A DNA stretch of 64,000 nt. Origin: Octopus vulgaris (taxonomy: Eukaryota). The DNA lies in the NCBI GenBank assembly GCA_951406725.2, contig OX597838.1:17298001-17362000 (forward strand). The letters run 5' to 3'. The notes below the pieces were generated by a model. It was not told the origin of the DNA. It saw nothing but the letters and a program-made list of their open reading frames with translations, and searched no databases. Below are positions 56,802 to 64,000 of this stretch, one piece after another (position 1 is the first letter of the stretch; each line of letters opens with the position of its first letter). The position numbers and the translations under genes were made by a program.

Positions 56802-57304
56802 CGTCACTAAAGTGAACAAGGGCGCTAATGAGCACCAGTATTGCTAGAAATAATAGTCAAAACACCTCAATAGCCACAAAAAGCACTATCTTAATGAGCT
56901 GACAAGAGAGATAAGCCCTCTACGGCCGCAGATAGTTAGATCACCGATGATTTTGCATTCTGATGCTGAACGCATCTTAATGCTCATCAGCAGCTCTCAC
57001 CGTATTATTTATAATTTTCACTTTACCGTTTATGAAATCAGCATATGATTTCAACGTAGATCTTATAAGCTAACATGGCGAGGTAAGTTTAAGCCTAGGC
57101 GCGGTGAGAGCCTCTGATGAGCATTAAGATACGTTAAGCATCAGAATGCGAAATCGTCATTGATGTAGTTCTATCTACGACCGTAGCAAAATTGTCTCCC
57201 TTGTCAGCTCATTAAGATAGTGCTTTTTGTGACTTTTGAGTTGTCTTGGTTCCTATTTCTAGCAATAGTGGTGCTGACTAGTGCCTTCGTTCACTTTAGT
57301 GACG
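56802..57304. mobile_element. Foldback/MITE-like element with ~200-bp terminal inverted arms
   Basis: TATA|CGTCACTAAAGTGAAC...GTTCACTTTAGTGACG|TATA; the arms align throughout. Confidence 0.88.
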
Positions 57305-57312
57305 TATATATA

Positions 57313-57591
57313 TACATAAAATAATAGATCACCTTAAAATTTCAAACAAATTTATTTTAATATGGTGTAGGACCGCCTTTGGCAGTAATTACAGCTTGAA
57401 TTCTACGAGGTATGGACTCGTAAAAAATTTGAATTGTTTCCAAAGGAATTTTTGTCCATTCTTCAGCTAAAACAGTCTTCAGTTCTTGTAGTGATGATGG
57501 CGGAGGATGTTGACTCCTTACTTGTTTTTCTAAAATGCACCATAAATGTTCAATAATATTGAGATCTGGGGACTGTGGTGGCCAGATAAGA
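57313..57591 (-). mobile_element. Tc1 transposon 3' fragment
   Basis: LIWPPQSPDLNIIEHLWCILEKQVRSQHPPPSSLQELKTVLAEEWTKIP...SIPRRIQAVITAKGGPTPY* (stop at 57357). Confidence 0.93.
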
Positions 57592-58049
57592 TAGATAAAT
57601 AATAGATGGATAGATATATAGATAGATTAAGGGCGAATTTTTGAGATCTAGAAAAGCAACTTTAATATTTCAAAGCTAAAATATCAATATAGATTCCTAA
57701 ATCAAGGGAAGCGATGGCTGTTGGAATAGCTGCTATTACATTGTTTCCCCCACCGCTAGTCGATGTAGTCGAAAAACGATGCTCAGACAGAAAAACGATG
57801 CGGCAACAACAACAACAACAATAACAACAACAGCAACAGCAACAGAAGCACCAGCAGCAGCAGCAACAGCGACGAGCAAGCTATATTTAAAAATAACGCA
57901 AGCACGAGCTCCACCACCTTCCCCCAACATCCCCCACCCCCGCCATCATTAGAAATACTAATAAAACGACAACATCGGAGGTTGTTTTTCTAAGCAGAAT
58001 GGGAACAGTTTCGCACAAACTTGCTGGAAAATGGGAAAAAGTCGAATTG

Positions 58050-58620
58050 ACATAACAAATGCTGAGCAACGCTAAGCTGCACTTAGAACAGTCTTTCTTA
58101 ACACACCGGAGAAGACACTATGAAAAAAAAAACCTATTATATATAAATGTGTATCATTAAAGAAGGGAGGACTGTAGCGGGCGACGCCAGGCCCAGATCG
58201 AGAAATGCTTGAGACCGGTCTGGTGTTTAAAAACTTATGTCGCCTGTGAGAGACACTTTGGCACAGTTGAAGTAAGATTCTCAAATGAAGTATTTAGCCA
58301 AAGAAAATACTACAACAACCGTGGAAAGCGAGGAATCATGACTAATTCCGACATACCTTGGTTGGAGGTTTGTCAAAATAAAGGTAGCGGATATGCCCAG
58401 AAGTGGACATCTCTTTGCTGGTAGCAGCCGTGTTATACGGTTGCAATCCCCCAAATAGGAAAGGAGAACTGATCAGGCGCAGGCGTGGAACTGTAGTTAC
58501 TCGCCGATTTCATAGTATTGAAGCCATCCCTGAAGTGTTTAACCTACCTAATCGAACACAGTTATTTGTTACAGTATAGAGCAGAAAGCCGAGATTCCAC
58601 ATTTGTGGTGGAACAAACCA
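58050..58620 (+). mobile_element. Decayed LINE ORF1-like fragment (Tx1/L1-like)
   Basis: Across frameshifts: HFGTVEVRFSNE...LIPTYLGWRFVKIKVADMP.EVDISLLVAAVLYG, resembling ORF1p RRM regions. Confidence 0.45.
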
Positions 58621-58751
58621 CTTAAAGGCTTTCTGTCCCAAACAAAGAAAAGAAAAATGCCTCTACTGCCGATACGTTTAACACAACAACAACAACACTA
58701 CCTCCACCATCGCAACCGAAAGAAGACTCACCCACATTAGTTGACCAGACC

Positions 58752-59134
58752 ACCAGTGAGTAACTGGTACCTAATAGGCGGCGAGCTGGCAGAATCGTTA
58801 GCACGTCGGGCGAAATGCTTAGCGGTATTTCGGCTGCCGTTACGTTGTGAGTTCAAATTCCGCCGAGGTCGACTTTCATCCTTTCATCCTTTCGGGGTCG
58901 ATAAATTAAGTATCAGTTAAGCACTGGGGTCGATATAATCGAATTAATACCTATGTTTGTCCATGTTTGTCCCCTCTATGTTTAGCCCCTTGTGGGTAAT
59001 AAAGAAATAGGTACCTAATTTATCGACCCCGAAAGGATGAAAGTGAAAGGCAAAGTCGACTCAGAACGTAACGGCAAACGACATACGGCTAGGTATTTCG
59101 CCCGGCGTGCTAACGTTTCTGTCAGCTCGCCGCC
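58752..59134 (-). mobile_element. SINE family D (outer copy, interrupted)
   Basis: Head at 59134-59020 continues at 58775-58752. Confidence 0.88.
58777..59009 (+). mobile_element. SINE family D, full length, nested antisense in another D copy
   Basis: TSD GGTACCTAAT at 58766-58775 and 59010-59019. Confidence 0.93.
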
Positions 59135-59137
59135 TTG

Positions 59138-59185
<48 letters not shown>

Positions 59186-59673
59186 TGTTCAGAACAAACT
59201 GAAATTTATAGCGGACTTTTTTATGAGAGAAAATATTCATGGTTTCTTTTTTTTTTTTTTTTTTTTTTTTTTATTACTATCATGTTATCAAGCGCTACTC
59301 CTGTTGCGGCAGTTTTGTAGCTGAACTATTCTCTCTTTTACAAATATTGAGTTTTTTTTCCCTTTACATTCACATACATGCAAGTTATTACTTCATGGAT
59401 TCCCAAGTAAAAGAACAGTTTCTTTTACTACGTAGATGCTAGCAGGAGAAAGAAGTCTTTGATCGCTTTAATGTTTCATAGAATTTTCCTTCTCTGACAC
59501 CCTGTTCAGCGTGTGTTGTTTCATTCATTTATAGATTAGTTTTATGGTCGATCGATTGACTGAGGCATGTAACCCCGTGTAACCCGGCTATAATAGAGGG
59601 GGTCATAATAGGTATGTATAATGCAAAATTTCCCAATTATTCATAGGATGAAATAATAATAATAATAATAATG

Positions 59674-59720
<47 letters not shown>

Positions 59721-59721
<1 letters not shown>

Positions 59722-60020
59722 TGGAGGCGCAATGACCGAGTGGTTAGGGCAGCGGACTCGCGGTCGGAGGATCGTGGTTTCGATTCCCAGACCGGGCGTA
59801 GTGTGTGTTTATTGAGCGAAAACACCTAAAGCTCCACGAGACTCCGGCAGGGGATGGTGGTAATCCCTGTTGTACTCTTTCGTCCCAACGTTCTCTCACT
59901 CTTTCTTCCTGTTTCTTGAGTAACGCTGCGATGGACTAGCGTCCCGTCCAGCTGGGGGGAACACATACGCCACAGAAACCGAGCCCATGAGCCTAGCTAG
60001 GCTTGAAAAGGGCGCATGAA
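59721..60020 (+). mobile_element. SINE family B, tail type 2, in (TAA)n
   Basis: B head, then GCTGCGATGGACTAGCGTCCCGTCCAG...GCTAGGCTTGAAAAGGGCGC. Confidence 0.92.
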
Positions 60021-60031
60021 TAAATAAATAA

Positions 60032-60067
<36 letters not shown>

Positions 60068-60459
60068 GAAATCTTGAAATAGAAATCAGCAAAATGTGGA
60101 ACCTGAAGACTAAAACAATACCTGTTGTTCATAGGTGCCCTGGGAATGATAGCGAAACGGGCTGATTGCTACCTAACTCAGATACCAGGAAACCCCAAAA
60201 TGGCAGAAATTCAAAAGATAGTGCTCATGGAAACTGCTCATATCCTACGCAAAATACTCTCTATGTAATCCCAAGGTTTAAAACAAACTTTTTATTTATT
60301 TATTTATTAGACATTCACTAGTTCAACACCCAAAAAACCCCCAAATATATGACACACTAGGCATAACAACAACGTTAACTTCCAACCTGTTGTCTCTTGA
60401 GGTCTCTGGGTGAGATTTGGAGCCAACTTGTACAGACATAAAGCAAAAGTCAAACATAA

Positions 60460-60460
<1 letters not shown>
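60068..60460 (+). mobile_element. R4/Dong LINE 3' fragment in (TAA)n
   Basis: LEIEISKMWNLKTKTIPVV/IGALGMI...IQKIVLMETAHILRKILSM*, then 3' UTR and (TAA)n; Dong elements are known to target TAA repeats. Confidence 0.88.
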
Positions 60461-60518
<58 letters not shown>

Positions 60519-60537
60519 TAATAATAATCCTTTCTAT

Positions 60538-60668
60538 AAGAGCACTTGCAGAAAACAGCATTACTTGGAACCGCTCGAATACACCGGAAGGTACTCGAAA
60601 AATAAGAGGTGTTACCTTGGTTCACTGATGGTGAGCAGCTGACACTGTCGTACATCTCCAGCGTTAGA
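60538..60668 (+). mobile_element. Second R4/Dong 3' fragment (different family)
   Basis: EHLQKTALLGTARIHRKVLEK*. Confidence 0.75.
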
Positions 60669-60771
60669 AGTACTTGTCTTACAAAGAATAAGTCCTGGGG
60701 TCGATTTTCTCGACTAAAGGCAGTGCTCCAGCATGGCCACAGTCAAATGACTGAAACAAGTAAAAGAGTAA

Positions 60772-60772
<1 letters not shown>
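60669..60772 (+). mobile_element. SINE family A 3' tail fragment
   Basis: CTTACAAAGAATAAGTCCTGGGGTCGAT...GACTGAAACAAGTAAAAGAG. Confidence 0.85.
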
Positions 60773-60827
<55 letters not shown>

Positions 60828-61006
60828 ACATATATGTGTATAAGTACTATATGTATTTATGTAGGTAGATAGGCATGTATGCATTTATGTATATATGTAT
60901 GTATGTATGTATGTATGTGTGTGTGTATGTATGTATGTATGTATGTATATATGCAGGTGTGTATGCATGCATGTATGTATGTATGTACGTACGTATGTAT
61001 GAATGC

Positions 61007-61058
<52 letters not shown>

Positions 61059-62299
61059 ATCTATGTGTATGTGTGTGAGTGTATACGGAACGCAAAATAT
61101 TCCAAAATTCGATTTCTGTAAGAATTTTGATCTAAAACCTAGAGTTGAGAACAATATTGTTTTAATTTAGAATAGTTAGACTCTTAAACCCGATAAAAAT
61201 AATCTTCAGTTGTTGTTTACGTGTATTCTTTGTTTTTTGTTATTGTTTTTTTTTATTTTTCCGTGACTCATTCAGTGGATATAGATTTTTAAAATGATTG
61301 ATTATTTTTTCTTATTTTATTTCTTTTGTAGTGCTATATCTCTATGGCAACTGCGTGAACTGATGACCTTTCTATTCATTTAGTTTTTGTTTCTTATATT
61401 TTGCTACCTTTTTGTTGCCAACATAAGAACACGTGTGTGTATGTAATATGTAATTAACTTCTCGTGGGTAGTCTTATATCCGTATTCTGGCATTGTACCA
61501 TCCTTTTTTACTATTTATTGTATGGACACAGAACCTGTTTTTTTTTTGTATATGTACGGCTTCTGTAACCTGTTTTAAAGTTGGGTCTTATAGATTTCAG
61601 GCTAGAATTTTAAGTTCAATAGTTTTATCAATCCCATGTTTTTCCATAGGAGATATTGATAGAGATTTGGTACTCTAATGAGCACTGATAACAGCAAATC
61701 TGGCAATGTAGATAATGATAATGTATATATAAAAGAACATGATCTAAACCGATCGGAACAAGATAGAAAACTTTATCTCAGCAGTAAATGTGACCCCCTT
61801 TAAGCACTGAGAAGGATGATTTAACTCTTCTAAACTCCAATGAGTTATGATTGAATAAGAAAGATAATGGCACACGCCTTTGTTGCCATCATAAAAACGA
61901 AACTAAAGGACATGATTTTAAATAAAAATAATAAATTATGTAACCAAGAGAAGGGTACAGCGATTAAAGGTAGCTTTGTTGACGAAGTAACCAAATACTT
62001 CATTGTATTTTGGAATAAAAGAAATCAAACAACACCGACTTGAGTATTCCATATCACTAGTTATGTCGATGACAAGAATTGCGATTAAAACAATTTCACA
62101 TGATGACACCCTGGAAACAGAATAACATTCTATGGAAAAGAGCCAACACTTGACAAACTTCACTCACTAAATGTTTCAAAGGGGCTGTGATTACTCGTCC
62201 AAACACAGCCACCAAAAAGAAAGACAACCACTTCTAGATAGGGAACCATGATTTGACATTATAAATGTCTAGTCCTCTCTTCACAGTATATGAAACTTA

Positions 62300-63150
62300 T
62301 TGTGAATTAGCGCCTGGTCCTCCAAAGCTTTACTACATATTAATAGCAAACCTAGTAATGATCATGAGAAATGCACCTCGTATGTCGTATGTGTCAATCC
62401 TACAAATTGTGAAATCACATATAGGATTGCATTCATCGCACGCAGATCTCTCGAGTTTAGATTAGGACATATAGAAGAGCAAGAAAAATGTTTGAAAACA
62501 TCATGAGCCATGATGCAAGTAGAGCATGCCTTATGTACTGAACTATATATTCTGAAAGAAACTAGAAAGAAAGGGTGAAAAATTAGACAAGAAAACTCAT
62601 ATTGTGACAACAACAAATTTCAGGCTGTAATGTCTACCGATAATACATCTAGAGGTAAACTAAGCCGCTAATTTAGAAAAGCAATATTGAAACGAAATTT
62701 AAAACCAAACAGTTGAGAATGAAGCAGATTCATTAAGTCACTATTATGTGAAACTCCCATTTAAGGAAATACTTTGCACTGATAACAGCAAATCTCGAAA
62801 TGTAGTACACCTATTCAAATGCATGGAAAAGAATTGTAGAAATACCGCCTCAACATATATAGGAAAACTGTTTGCAGTTTAAGTGAAAGAGTTGACGAAC
62901 ACTACGAGAATACAATGGAAAGATGAAAAACTTCCATGTTCTAGCAACAAGCTGTACAGAAACAATGAATCGATAAAAATGTTGCAGTAATAATTCTATC
63001 CAGACATTGAAAAGACCCAACATTTAAAACAGACTTTACAAATGGAAGAAACAGTTTCTGACTCGACACACGTACAATAATAGTAAGAACGAATAACATA
63101 ACATCTCTTTGAGGAAAACAAAGATACAATAAGACGAAAGCCAGCTAACA
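62300..63150 (+). mobile_element. Highly decayed Penelope-like element (GIY-YIG region; boundaries approximate)
   Basis: ~62802-62905 reads VVHLFKCMEKNCRNTASTYIGK...SLSERVDEH. Confidence 0.6.
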
Positions 63151-63526
63151 GTCAACCATACACATACAAAACACGCACGTATCAGCTGACATAGTTGCCA
63201 TGGAGATGTGAGGAAACAAAAGAAATTCAGTTAGAAAACTTAAAATCTACAATTTGGAAAATCTATAGCCATTGAAATGGTATTATTATTGGGAGTAAAG
63301 GAAGAGGAAAATATAGACAAACAACGAACGGGGTTTGTGTTTATAGGGTTCAGCTCTATTGAATGACCTTTGTAAGCGAAAATAAAATCAGTAAATGAGT
63401 AAAGGAACTCAATATTTGCATATATAGAAAGATATGCGTACATACATTTACGCATACATATACATACGTACATACATATTCGCATACATAGATATACAGA
63501 CACACACAAACATACACATACATACA

Positions 63527-63682
63527 GGCATAGGAGTGGCTATGTGATAAGTAGCTTGCTTACGAACCACATGGTTCCAGGTTCAGTCCCACTGCGTGGC
63601 ACCTTCGGCAAGTGTCTTCTAGTATAGCCTCGGGCCGACCAAAGTGAGTAGATTTGGTGGACGGAAACTGAAAGAAGCCTGT

Positions 63683-63725
<43 letters not shown>

Positions 63726-64000
63726 CATATATATATAGGCATAGTTTGCTTACCAACCACATGGTTTCGGGTTCAGTCCCACTGCGTGGCATCTTTGGCA
63801 AGCGTCTTCTACTATAGCCTTGTGAGTGGATTTGGTAGACGGAAACTGAAAGAAGCCCGTTGTATATATGTATATATATATGTGTGTCTGTGTTTGTGTG
63901 TCTGTGTTTCCCCCCCCCCCCCCCCCGCTAACATCGCTTGACAACCGATGGCTGTGTGTTTACATCCCTGTAACCTAGCAGTTCGGCAAAAGAGACCGAT
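63527..64000 (+). mobile_element. SINE family A, tandemly duplicated 5' half, cut by the window edge
   Basis: Head plus middle at 63527-63685 and again at 63738-63862, then the 3' half. Confidence 0.9.

Noticed and set aside
57779-57952. Poly-Q/T/N low-complexity coding exon
   Set aside because: All plus-strand frames hit stops quickly, and it adjoins decayed LINE ORF1-like sequence.

Overview
Very AT-rich, microsatellite-saturated animal DNA. The SINE repertoire and repeat landscape point to an octopus genome (inferred, not searched). No intact protein-coding gene can be supported: almost all supplied ORFs are translations of (TA)n, (CA)n, (TACA)n or (ATC)n arrays. The window is intergenic or intronic. 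It holds four groups of tRNA-derived SINEs (my labels A-D) and decayed LINEs (CR1, R4/Dong, HERO-like, Tx1-like). It also holds Penelope-like elements (PLEs), Tc1/mariner relics, non-autonomous Helitrons and a 503-bp foldback element. The most striking hidden layer is about a dozen minimal hammerhead ribozyme (HHR) motifs, several with intact cores, in short PLE-type modules that usually end on microsatellites. Two of these modules sit inside the internal microsatellite of a SINE. Other notable items are SINEs with swapped head/tail modules, a decayed R4-type RT fragment present as an inverted pair, a minisatellite derived from a SINE B-box, and one candidate 78-bp exon. All calls come from reading the sequence by eye.
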